Shown: one piece after another, positions 56,470 through 64,000 of the stretch | Layout of the letters: every line of letters begins with the position of its first letter | Numbering within the stretch: position 1 is the stretch's first letter | Assembly (NCBI GenBank): GCA_965222955.1 | Contig: OZ244974.1 | Span: 2,178,977-2,242,976 of the forward strand | Reading direction: 5' to 3' | Length of the DNA: 64,000 bases | Source: Hyphomicrobiales bacterium | GTDB lineage: Bacteria > Pseudomonadota > Alphaproteobacteria > Rhizobiales > CBDCVD01 | Notes under the pieces: generated by a model | Told to the model about the DNA's origin: nothing | The model's database searches: none | Seen by the model: the letters and a program-made list of their open reading frames with translations, nothing else | Made by a program: the position numbers and the translations under genes

Positions 56470-56873
56470 CGCCGCCCCTGCCCTGCGGGGCGCCTTGTCA
56501 TGGGTTTTCCATAAACATGGGTCCGCGTATTTGCATTTGACAATCAGTCTTAACTGTGATTAGTGTGTCTGCGCTACTAATCAATAAATAATTAATAGCC
56601 AACAACAACAATGTTGGGGGGCGTGCGGTGCGGTTTGCGTTTGGAGAGATTGGACAGACGAGGTCCTTTGCATTTGTTATTTGGCGCGACTCTCCGCAAA
56701 CAATAGTGCTGCCGTCCACCCGGCACTTGTAGCGAATTGATCGTGAAGAAAAGTCCTTCGCTCCGCTCAGTACACTTTTCCTTATTTGAAACAATGAGAA
56801 AACAACGCTCAAGGGGGCGTGGCGCTGTGTTTTCGCCTGGGCTTCTCGCAAGGTTTGGCGCATTTGCGCATAA

Positions 56874-56974
56874 TACCAGGGGGCTTTGCGTTTGACTCCT
56901 GACCCGGTTTAAAACCGTTGTATTATCATCACGACACACAAGCCGGCGCGTACAAAACGCCAATACCGCTGGTA
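56874..56974 (-). mobile_element. family B MITE-like element, copy B4 (inverted)
   Basis: TACCAGGGGGCTTTGCGTTTGACTCCTGACCCGGTTTAAAACCGTTGTATTATCATCACGACACACAAGCCGGCGCGTACAAAACGCCAATACCGCTGGTA. It is flanked by TAA on both sides. Confidence 0.85.
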
Positions 56975-57054
56975 TAACCTTGCGATTTCCGATCATGACG
57001 AACGGTCATGATCGACCAATATAAATGCCAAATCAGCCCGCCGGGCCGTCCCAG

Positions 57055-57181
57055 GTGTGTAATTTCAGCAGGTTGTCCCTGATAAACCCATCGGGTACAG
57101 GGGGCCATCTGCGGCAAAGGCCGCAAGAGGGGTAACGTCATCCTGGCCCGTCCCGAACACAACCTGCCATAAGATCACACC
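57055..57181 (+). repeat. family E repeat, full copy E14
   Basis: GGTGTGTAATTTCAGCAGGTTGTCCCTGATAAACCCATCGGGTACAGGGGGCCATCTGCGG...CCCGAACACAACCTGCCATAAGATCACACC. Its right terminus contains the icd stop codon. Confidence 0.8.
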
Positions 57182-58392
57182 CGGGCCATTGCGGCGCGCA
57201 GGTTCTCATCGATTTTATCAAGAAAACCGGTCGTTGAGAGCCACTTCTGCTCCGGCCCCACCAGCAGCGCCAGGTCTTTCGTCATATGACCTGAAACAAT
57301 GGTATCGACAACAACCCTCTCCAGCGTGGCCGAGAAATCCGCCAGCGGCTGGTTGGCATCAAGTTTGGCCCGATGCGCCAGGCCGCGCGTCCAGGCAAAA
57401 ATCGAGGCGGTGGAGTTGGTTGAGGTCTCCTTGCCCTGCTGGTGCAGTCGATAGTGGCGGGTGACCGTGCCATGGGCGGCCTCCGCCTCGACGGTCTGCC
57501 CGTCCGGGGTAAGAAGAACCGAGGTCATCAGACCCAGCGAGCCAAACCCCTGCGCCACCGTATCGGACTGCACATCGCCATCGTAATTCTTGCACGCCCA
57601 GATGAACCCGCCGGACCACTTTAACGCCGCCGCGACCATATCGTCGATAAGGCGATGTTCGTACGTGATATTGGCGGCGGCGAACCGATCCTTGAACTCG
57701 CTCTCATAGACTTCCTCGAACACATCCTTAAAGCGCCCGTCGTAGGCTTTCAGGATGGTATTCTTGGTGGAGAGATAAACGGGCCACTGGCGCGCCAGAC
57801 CATAATTCAGACTGGCGCGGGCGAAGTCGCGAATGGACTCGTCAAGATTATACATTCCCATAGCCACGCCGGGGCCGGGAAAATCGAAAATGTCGTGCTC
57901 AAGAACGGTGCCGTCATCGCCGACGAATTTCATACTCAGTTTTCCCTTGCCCGGCACACGGAAATCGGTCGCCCGGTACTGGTCTCCGAACGCATGACGG
58001 CCGACCACCATGGGCTGCGTCCAGCCGGGAACCAGTCTGGGAACGTTGTCGCAGATTATCGGCTCGCGAAACACCACCCCACCCAGAATATTGCGAATCG
58101 TACCATTGGGGCTGCGCCACATCTTTTTCAGGCCGAACTCCTCCACCCGCGCCTCGTCCGGCGTAATCGTCGCGCACTTTATGCCAACGCCATGGGCCTT
58201 GATCGCTTCCGCCGCCTCAATGGTGATACGGTCGTCGCTGGCGTCCCGGCTCATGATGCCCAGATCGTAATATTTCAAATCAATATCAAGATAGGGATGG
58301 ATCAGTTTTTCCTTGATAAACGCCCAGATTATGCGCGTCATTTCATCGCCATCGAGTTCGACAACGGGATTTTCCACGGGGATCTTTGCCAT
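57175..58392 (-). CDS. icd: NADP-dependent isocitrate dehydrogenase (homodimeric, eukaryote-like type)
   Basis: 405 aa. [65 protein letters not shown]. Confidence 0.95.
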   Translation of the reverse strand: MAKIPVENPVVELDGDEMTRIIWAFIKEKLIHPYLDIDLKYYDLGIMSRDASDDRITIEAAEAIKAHGVGIKCATITPDEARVEEFGLKKMWRSPNGTIRNILGGVVFREPIICDNVPRLVPGWTQPMVVGRHAFGDQYRATDFRVPGKGKLSMKFVGDDGTVLEHDIFDFPGPGVAMGMYNLDESIRDFARASLNYGLARQWPVYLSTKNTILKAYDGRFKDVFEEVYESEFKDRFAAANITYEHRLIDDMVAAALKWSGGFIWACKNYDGDVQSDTVAQGFGSLGLMTSVLLTPDGQTVEAEAAHGTVTRHYRLHQQGKETSTNSTASIFAWTRGLAHRAKLDANQPLADFSATLERVVVDTIVSGHMTKDLALLVGPEQKWLSTTGFLDKIDENLRAAMARV

Positions 58393-58461
58393 ACGCCTGA
58401 TTCTCTCATTGGGGTTTTGCGAAGTCTGTAACCGGTCGCCTCCCGGCTGCCGCCGGGGGGA

Positions 58462-58893
58462 CTATTTCGCCTGTTTTGGCGGCATTTTTTCAAACGCCGG
58501 CAGGGTATCGTCCATCTTGTCCCAGGCGGGACGGCGGCTGGAATAGACGATCCCCTGGGGGCTGAACCAGCTGCTGTCGCCAAGGGCGCCGACAGCTACG
58601 GAGATTATCCCCTCGCGTGCCGAATTGGTGCTGAACAGACGCGATCCGCACACCGGGCAAAAGTGCCGCACCATCGTCGTTCCACTGTCCGTTTGATTCG
58701 AATAGCGCGCCGTCTCTCCCGTGATCGTCACGTCGCCATCGCGAAAAAACGCCAGGGACATGTGCCCGGTACCGCTTGCCTGCTGGCAGTCGCGGCAGTG
58801 GCACTGGGCCTGGCGAACCGGCTCGCCGCTGATATGAAAGCTGATATCCCCGCAAAGACACGTGCCCCTCGTTTCAACCATCGCACACTCCAT
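58462..58893 (-). CDS. GFA family protein (glutathione-dependent formaldehyde-activating enzyme / CENP-V fold)
   Basis: CLCGDISF, CHCRDCQQASG, FCPVCGSRLF zinc-binding Cys pattern. Start may be the internal ATG (MVETRG). Confidence 0.8.
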   Translation of the reverse strand: MECAMVETRGTCLCGDISFHISGEPVRQAQCHCRDCQQASGTGHMSLAFFRDGDVTITGETARYSNQTDSGTTMVRHFCPVCGSRLFSTNSAREGIISVAVGALGDSSWFSPQGIVYSSRRPAWDKMDDTLPAFEKMPPKQAK

Positions 58894-58944
58894 TTGTCAT
58901 AGTATCATGGTCCCATGGCGCCCCCGGCCGCGCCCCTCGCCCCG

Positions 58945-60079
58945 TCAATCGACTTCGGCACCATCACCCAACGCGCTTTCAGAGCCAATGCGATGGGCCA
59001 AAGCCGCCTCCATGAACCCATCAAGATCCCCGTCAAGAACCGCATCCGGATTGGTGTTTTCCAGATTGGTGCGCAAATCCTTGACAATCCGATACGGCTG
59101 CAAAACATACGAACGGATCTGATGCCCCCAGCCGATATCGGTCTTTGCCGCCGCCGCCCCGCTGGCCTGCTCCTCGCGCCGCTGCAACTCCGCCTCATAC
59201 AACCTGGCGCGTAACATCGTCCAGGCCGTGGCGCGGTTCTTGTGCTGGGAGCGTTCGTTCTGACACTGCACCACAATACCGCTGGGAAGATGCGTTATAC
59301 GCACCGCACTATCGGTCGTATTCACGTGCTGGCCGCCGGCACCTGAAGCACGATACGTATCGATGCGCACATCCGCTTCATTGACCTCAACAGCAATCCT
59401 GTCATCAACGACCGGATAGACCCAGACACTGGCAAAACTCGTATGCCGCCGCGCATTGGAGTCGAAAGGCGAAATGCGAACCAGCCGATGCACACCCGAT
59501 TCGGTCTTCGCCCAGCCATAGGCCTTCGATCCCTCCAGCCTGATGGTCGCCGACTTGATGCCCGCCTCCTCACCGGCGCTGATCTCCACCAAACTCACCC
59601 GGTAACCGCGGCGTTCGCCCCAGCGCATGTACATGCGCAGCAACATCTCCGCCCAGTCCTGGCTCTCGGTTCCCCCGGCGCCGGCGTGTATTTCCACAAA
59701 CGCATCATTGCCATCCGCCTCACCCGACAAAAGCGTCTGTATCTGCTCACGCGCCGCCTTGCGACCAAGCTGCCGAATGAGCGCCTCCGCTTCGTCAATC
59801 GCCGCCGTATCCTCCTCGGCAACACCAAGTTCATACAGTGTCAGTGCATCGTCCAGTTCGTCACGCAAACCCTCGATCACGGCGAATTGCGCCTGCAATT
59901 GCTGGCGTTCGCGCATCAGTTCCTGCGCCTTCGTGCTGTCGTTCCAAAGGGCCGGGTCCTCGGCCCTTTCGTTCAACACCTGCAACCGGGCCAGGGAGCG
60001 GTCCCAGTCAAAGATGCCTCCGCAGAAGGGCAAGGGAGCGTTGAATATCATCTACCAGAGTTTCGGTCTCTGCCCGCAT
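58945..60079 (-). CDS. prfB: peptide chain release factor 2, expressed via programmed +1 frameshift
   Basis: Frame 0 runs 60079..60011 (MRAETETLVDDIQRSLALLRRHL) and ends at in-frame TGA 60010..60008. Frame +1 continues from GAC 60009 (DWDRSLARL...) to 58945. RF2 motifs are SPF (RISPFDS) and GGQ (GAGGQHVN). Joined product is about 377 aa. Confidence 0.95.
60007..60022 (-). promoter_or_regulatory. prfB: prfB +1 ribosomal frameshift site
   Basis: The minus strand reads CGG AGG CAT CTT TGA C. This gives an SD-like GGAGG 3 nt upstream of the CTT-TGA-C slippery/stop motif, identical in form to the classical RF2 autoregulatory site. Confidence 0.9.
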
Positions 60080-60240
60080 CACACGCTCCTTGACAGGCTC
60101 CGCCTGTGGCTTGAAACAGTCACACTCACCCGATCCACAACGGATCATATCACAGACCAATGTATGGGGGATTATTTCGCGAAAATCAACAATGCAGATG
60201 AAAGGACGGCGGCTCAGACGCACGAGCGGCCATGGAATGA

Positions 60241-62826
60241 TCAGTACAGCCCGCCCGATCTGGCGACATCTTCCTCCCCGAGAGAAACGCCGCCGCCCGC
60301 CGGGGTGTTGCCGGTATCGGCAGGCAAGGGAAGGAAGTCGTTCGCGCCGCCGCGATTGCCGCTGTCAAGTTGCACCGGCGCGTTCTGATTGTCCTGATAC
60401 TGAAAGGCGCCCTCGCGCGGTCCCGTTCCCGGCTTGAATATTTCCCTGATAGCGCCCGCCTGGTCGGGCACGGCGTGACGGCCGGTCTTGGCATCAACCC
60501 AATAGCTGAGCATACCGTCGGGGATCGGAAACTGCACGGCCGGTTTTTCAGCCAGCGCCGCCTGCATGAATTCCTTAAACACCGGTGCCGCCAGCCTGCC
60601 GCCGGTGGCCCCCTCCCCCATGGAATGGGGCTGATCGTAGCCGATAAACACGCCGACCGCCAAATCGGGCGAATAGCCGACAAACCACGCATCCTTGTTA
60701 TCGTTCGTCGTACCCGTCTTGCCGGCGATCGGCTTGCCGATTTCGCCCACGATCCTGCCGGTGCCGCGCTGTACGACACCTTCCATCATGGAGGTGATCT
60801 GGGCGGCGGTCATGGGATCGAAAACCTGCTCGCGATTGTCGATGAGTTGCGGCTCGTCCTGGTTGTGCCATCCATCGGCAAGGCACAGGGCGCAGCCGCG
60901 CTGGTCATGCTTGTAAATGGTGCGGCCGTAGCGGTCCTGCACGCGATCGATCATGGTCGCGCGGATTTTCTTGCCACCGTTGGCGAGAATCGAATACGCC
61001 GTCGTCAGTCGCAAAACGGTGGTCTCGCCGGCGCCCAGGGACATGGGCAGATAGGGCCGCAATTCATCGTAGATACCCAAAAGCTTGGCATATTCGGCGA
61101 TCAGCGGCATACCCAGGTTCTTGGCCAGGCGCACCGTCATGGCGTTACGCGAGCGCTCGACCCCCAAGCGCAGCGTCGAGGGACCGTAATAGGACTTCGA
61201 GTAATTGCGCGGCGACCACCACTCGCCACCCGATTTCACCCAGATTTCCGCATCCAGCATAATGGATGTTGGCGTATAGCCGTTATCGAGCGCCGCCGCA
61301 TAGACAAAGGGCTTGAACGCCGATCCCGGTTGACGTGTCGCCTGGGTGGCGCGGTTAAACTGGCTGCTATGATAGCTGAAACCGCCGACAAGCGCCAGAA
61401 CGCGCCCGGTGTGCGGGTCCATGGCAACAAGGGCGCCCGAGATTTCAGGGATTTGTTCCAGACTGTAGCGTCGCCCTGCATCCGCGTTGGGCTGCACGCC
61501 AACATAAATCACATCGCCGCGCCGGATCAGATCAGCCGGCTCATCGATAGAGGCGCGGTAACGTTTGCTGTTTCGCCGTTTCATACGCGCATCCCATTTG
61601 TCCCAGGCCATATCGGCAAAGGTCATGGTGATGTTGTCAAACGCGCTGCTGCGGCGCCCGTTCGAGGTTTTTTTGGGAAACAGTGTTATCGTTGCGGTAC
61701 TGTCGCCAACCGCCGTGACCACAGCGATGGCGAAACCGGGAACGTCAATCAGTTCGTGGATTTTACCGGCCTGAATCAGTTCCTCGATTTGCCCGATCCA
61801 GTCGCCATTCAGATCGATATGCGCCGGTGCGCCGCGCCAGCCCTGGGTGCGATCGAAGGCCCGCAGGTGCTTCATCAGCACGCCGCGCGCCAGGGTCTGC
61901 ATGTCGCGGTCCAACGTCGTGCGCACCGACAAGCCGCTGCGATAAAGGCCCTTGTCGCCATAAAGTTCCAAAAGCTGGCGGCGAACCTCCTCGGCAAAAT
62001 ACTCCGCCGAGGCGCCATGGGCACCGCGTTTTCGGCGTAACTTTACCGTAAGCGGCGCCGCCTTCGCCTCCAGTGCTTCCTCGGCGCTGATACGCTTGTC
62101 TTCAAACATGCGATCAATCACCCAGTTGCGCCGCTCAATCGCCGCCGCCTTGTTGTGGATCGGGTGATAGTTGTTCGGCGCCTTCGGCAGGGCCGCCAGA
62201 TACGCCGCCTCAGGCAGCGTCAGTTCGTGTACCGCTTTATCGAAATACGCCAGGGATGCCGCCGCGATTCCGTAGGTGCGCATTCCAAAAAATATCTCGT
62301 TCAGGTACAATTCGAGGATCTGGTCCTTGCTGAACGTGCGCTCCAGGCGTCCGGCGATCAGTGCCTCGCGAATTTTACGATCAATCGAGACAGCCTTGCG
62401 GCGTTCCTCTTCGGTAAAGAAGTTCTTGGCCACCTGCATGGTGATTGTCGAGGCTCCCAGGGGCCGCTTGCCGCTGCCCCAGTTGCGCACGTTGTGAACA
62501 ACCGCCCGCGCCAGACTAAGGTAGTTGATGCCGCTGTGGCTGAAAAAGCTCTTGTCCTCGGCCGATGTGATGGCATCGACCATTACCTGCGGCACGGTCT
62601 GGATGGGTTGATACATGCGCCATTGTTCGGCGTATTCGGCCAGCAGCGCGCCATCGGAGGCGTGAAAGCGCGTCATCACCGGGGGAGCGTAGTTGCGCAG
62701 CACCGAATGATCGGGCAAATCCTTGCTGTAGTAATGCAGCACGTAAACGCCCGCGCCCGCGGCGCCGATCATCAAAATCGCGCCTACGGCGAAAATCCGT
62801 CCTGCCCTGCGCCAGAGTTTCAACAC
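60241..62826 (-). CDS. mrcA: penicillin-binding protein 1A (bifunctional transglycosylase/transpeptidase)
   Basis: 861 aa. Has an N-terminal TM. GT51 motifs: EDKSFFSHSG, RKIRE. Transpeptidase motifs: SAFKPF (SxxK), KTGTTND. Low-complexity Gly/Asn/Pro C-terminus. GTG start. Confidence 0.95.
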   Translation of the reverse strand: MLKLWRRAGRIFAVGAILMIGAAGAGVYVLHYYSKDLPDHSVLRNYAPPVMTRFHASDGALLAEYAEQWRMYQPIQTVPQVMVDAITSAEDKSFFSHSGINYLSLARAVVHNVRNWGSGKRPLGASTITMQVAKNFFTEEERRKAVSIDRKIREALIAGRLERTFSKDQILELYLNEIFFGMRTYGIAAASLAYFDKAVHELTLPEAAYLAALPKAPNNYHPIHNKAAAIERRNWVIDRMFEDKRISAEEALEAKAAPLTVKLRRKRGAHGASAEYFAEEVRRQLLELYGDKGLYRSGLSVRTTLDRDMQTLARGVLMKHLRAFDRTQGWRGAPAHIDLNGDWIGQIEELIQAGKIHELIDVPGFAIAVVTAVGDSTATITLFPKKTSNGRRSSAFDNITMTFADMAWDKWDARMKRRNSKRYRASIDEPADLIRRGDVIYVGVQPNADAGRRYSLEQIPEISGALVAMDPHTGRVLALVGGFSYHSSQFNRATQATRQPGSAFKPFVYAAALDNGYTPTSIMLDAEIWVKSGGEWWSPRNYSKSYYGPSTLRLGVERSRNAMTVRLAKNLGMPLIAEYAKLLGIYDELRPYLPMSLGAGETTVLRLTTAYSILANGGKKIRATMIDRVQDRYGRTIYKHDQRGCALCLADGWHNQDEPQLIDNREQVFDPMTAAQITSMMEGVVQRGTGRIVGEIGKPIAGKTGTTNDNKDAWFVGYSPDLAVGVFIGYDQPHSMGEGATGGRLAAPVFKEFMQAALAEKPAVQFPIPDGMLSYWVDAKTGRHAVPDQAGAIREIFKPGTGPREGAFQYQDNQNAPVQLDSGNRGGANDFLPLPADTGNTPAGGGVSLGEEDVARSGGLY

Positions 62827-62849
62827 GAACCATCCAACGGGTTATCTTG

Positions 62850-62883
62850 CCTGCGACATTGTTTTCCCTGCGACATTGTTTTC
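62850..62883. repeat. 17-bp perfect tandem duplication upstream of mrcA
   Basis: CCTGCGACATTGTTTTC CCTGCGACATTGTTTTC, lying 24-57 nt upstream of the mrcA GTG start. Confidence 0.9.
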
Positions 62884-63041
62884 TGTGCTCTTTTCGAACC
62901 GGGCACCGGCATGTTGGCACGGGACCAAACAGTGGTGCTGTACGCTTCTGACTTTACCCATTCTCAACCGTAAATGAGACGATTACGTGACACGTGCCGC
63001 AGGGTTGGGGCCGTTTTGTCAAGGGCCTTGCCTTGCGCCGG

Positions 63042-64000
63042 TTATGGCGCGCGAATATCGGCGGTGTGTTTGTTGAAATAGCCGTGTATGGCGGCGCTCA
63101 TGCCGGCGGCGACCTTGTCGCGCCAGGCGATTGACTGCAGGCGTTCTTCATCGCGGCGGTTTGACATATACCCCAACTCGATGAGTACCGAGGGGATACC
63201 GGGCGCTGAAAGGACGAAAAAATTGGCCCGTTTGTGAGGGTATTTACGAACTTTTGTAATTTTCCTGATGTTTTTAATCAATTTACGCGCTAAAAGCGTT
63301 GAAAACGCTTTAGTTTCTCGCATCATTAGGTCGTCAAGAATACTCACCACCGTCTTCGGCATATCCGATACCGACAACCCCGCAACAAGATCGGCGCGGT
63401 TCTCTTTTTCCGCATAAGCCGCCGCCTGCCGATCGGTAGCCCGACGGGAACCCGTATAGATGGTGGTTCCCCGAACGGAATTCTCGTTGAACGCATCGGC
63501 GTGAAAGGAAATGAACAGCGCCGCCTCGGCGGCGCGGGCAAATTGCAGTCTTTGCGGCAACGACACAAAGCGATCATCGGTACGCGTCATGCGTATATCG
63601 AAGCGCCCGCCGTCGCTCAAGTGCCGCTTTAACGCGTGGGCAAAAGCGAGGACGACATCTTTTTCGCGCGTCCCCAGCCGTCCGGTGGTTCCCCCATCGA
63701 TGCCACCATGACCGGGATCCAGCACGATGACCGGGCGATGGGGGGGGTGTGCGGCGTCCTGCAGGTTCCGCCCTGGCGTCCCCCTGCCTGCCTCGCCCCC
63801 GTGATCGTCGCGCCAGGGGGTACGCGATGCGCTCTGGCGCAATGCCGCCTGGCCCGCCGCCGCCTTGAACGATGCTGCATCGGACGGCGACAAAAGCAGG
63901 CTGTAGCTGAAACCGCCATTCCTGTGGACCCGGACGTGGCTGTTCTCGATCCTGACAGGCGCCGCGATGGCAAAGACGATGCGGGCGCGTCCGGGCGAAA
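63042..64000 (-). CDS. N-acetylmuramoyl-L-alanine amidase (Amidase_3, AmiC-like), C-terminal part; 5' end beyond window
   Basis: VIVLDPGHGGIDGG, DVVLAFAHAL, FISFHADA, VLIELGYMSN. The frame stays open upstream of the track start (TTG 63893) to the window end (..RARIVFAIAAPVRIENSHVRVHRNGGFSYSLL, AMIN-domain-like). The gene is therefore 5'-truncated by the window. Confidence 0.85.
   Translation of the reverse strand, partial: SPGRARIVFAIAAPVRIENSHVRVHRNGGFSYSLLLSPSDAASFKAAAGQAALRQSASRTPWRDDHGGEAGRGTPGRNLQDAAHPPHRPVIVLDPGHGGIDGGTTGRLGTREKDVVLAFAHALKRHLSDGGRFDIRMTRTDDRFVSLPQRLQFARAAEAALFISFHADAFNENSVRGTTIYTGSRRATDRQAAAYAEKENRADLVAGLSVSDMPKTVVSILDDLMMRETKAFSTLLARKLIKNIRKITKVRKYPHKRANFFVLSAPGIPSVLIELGYMSNRRDEERLQSIAWRDKVAAGMSAAIHGYFNKHTADIRAP

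Noticed and set aside
56598-56650. GCC AAC AAC AAC AAT.. resembling the start of a tmRNA tag reading frame (ANDN-like)
   Set aside because: The frame continues for about 45 codons and does not end in the usual ..(L/V)AA-stop. I could find no tRNA-like acceptor/T-arm partner or two-piece alphaproteobacterial tmRNA features nearby.
56498-56996. Two overlapping minus-strand ORFs (121 and 134 aa) in the AT-rich island
   Set aside because: One runs through MITE copy B4. Neither has an RBS or a protein-like composition. I treat the region as non-coding.
60370-62040. 556-aa plus-strand ORF
   Set aside because: It is antisense to mrcA (PBP1A), with low-complexity Arg/Gly/Ala-rich composition. It is a shadow ORF.

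Overview
GC-rich chromosomal segment whose gene content looks alphaproteobacterial: ChpT phosphotransferase, IalB-like protein, DUF1134, DUF2336, and DUF983/SURF1 inside an aa3 cytochrome c oxidase cluster. This taxonomic call is an inference; I ran no database search.

I call 59 protein-coding genes (two cut by the window edges), one tRNA-Pro(CGG), one intact IS1182-family insertion sequence, one rho-independent terminator, the prfB +1 frameshift site, and about 40 interspersed repeats.

Gene order: allA fragment; PLP dehydratase; CBS protein; rhomboid; lipoprotein; peroxiredoxin; DsbD-domain protein; YqgE; 7TM-PAS-GGDEF(degenerate)-EAL sensor; thrC; SURF1, DUF983, ctaE, ctaG, small TM ORF, ctaB, ctaD, ctaC; ialB-like; IS; lipoprotein, purQ, lipoprotein, small lipoprotein, purL; DUF1134; chpT; GS-like, ALDH, Fe-ADH trio; OMP; ccoS (58 aa, missing from the ORF track); rpmG; rpsD; murI; trmJ-like; leuD/leuC-like plus CoA-transferase; HMG-CoA-lyase-like; GntR; iolE-like, class II aldolase, iolB, iolC; MFS; tRNA; CitE-like; DUF2336; YibQ-like deacetylase; rppH; SH3 protein; 2-hydroxyacid dehydrogenase; ppk2; icd; GFA; prfB; mrcA; amidase fragment.

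I found no CRISPR array, prophage, restriction, toxin-antitoxin or other recognisable defence module, and no multi-gene block of unknown proteins. The coding content is mostly housekeeping.

The most unusual signal is non-genic. Intergenic space is saturated by at least five families of palindromic or MITE-like repeats, here named A to E.
- They nest into one another.
- They sit exactly on stop codons; the CTAG at the element boundary supplies the TAG of at least 8 genes.
- In two cases they contribute the last codons of a gene.
- Family A shares its CTAG flank and part of its terminal sequence with the resident IS1182-family element.

Secondary points:
- a leuCD-like, CoA-transferase, HMGL-like, GntR unit that looks catabolic (citraconate/(R)-citramalate-type)
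- a gamma-glutamyl-amine-type GS-like/ALDH/ADH trio
- a partial Bacillus-style iol module
- a 15-bp x4 tandem repeat in a divergent promoter region
- an orphan ccoS

Repeat boundaries are hand-aligned and good to roughly +/-3-5 nt. Several CDS starts are uncertain, as noted per feature.
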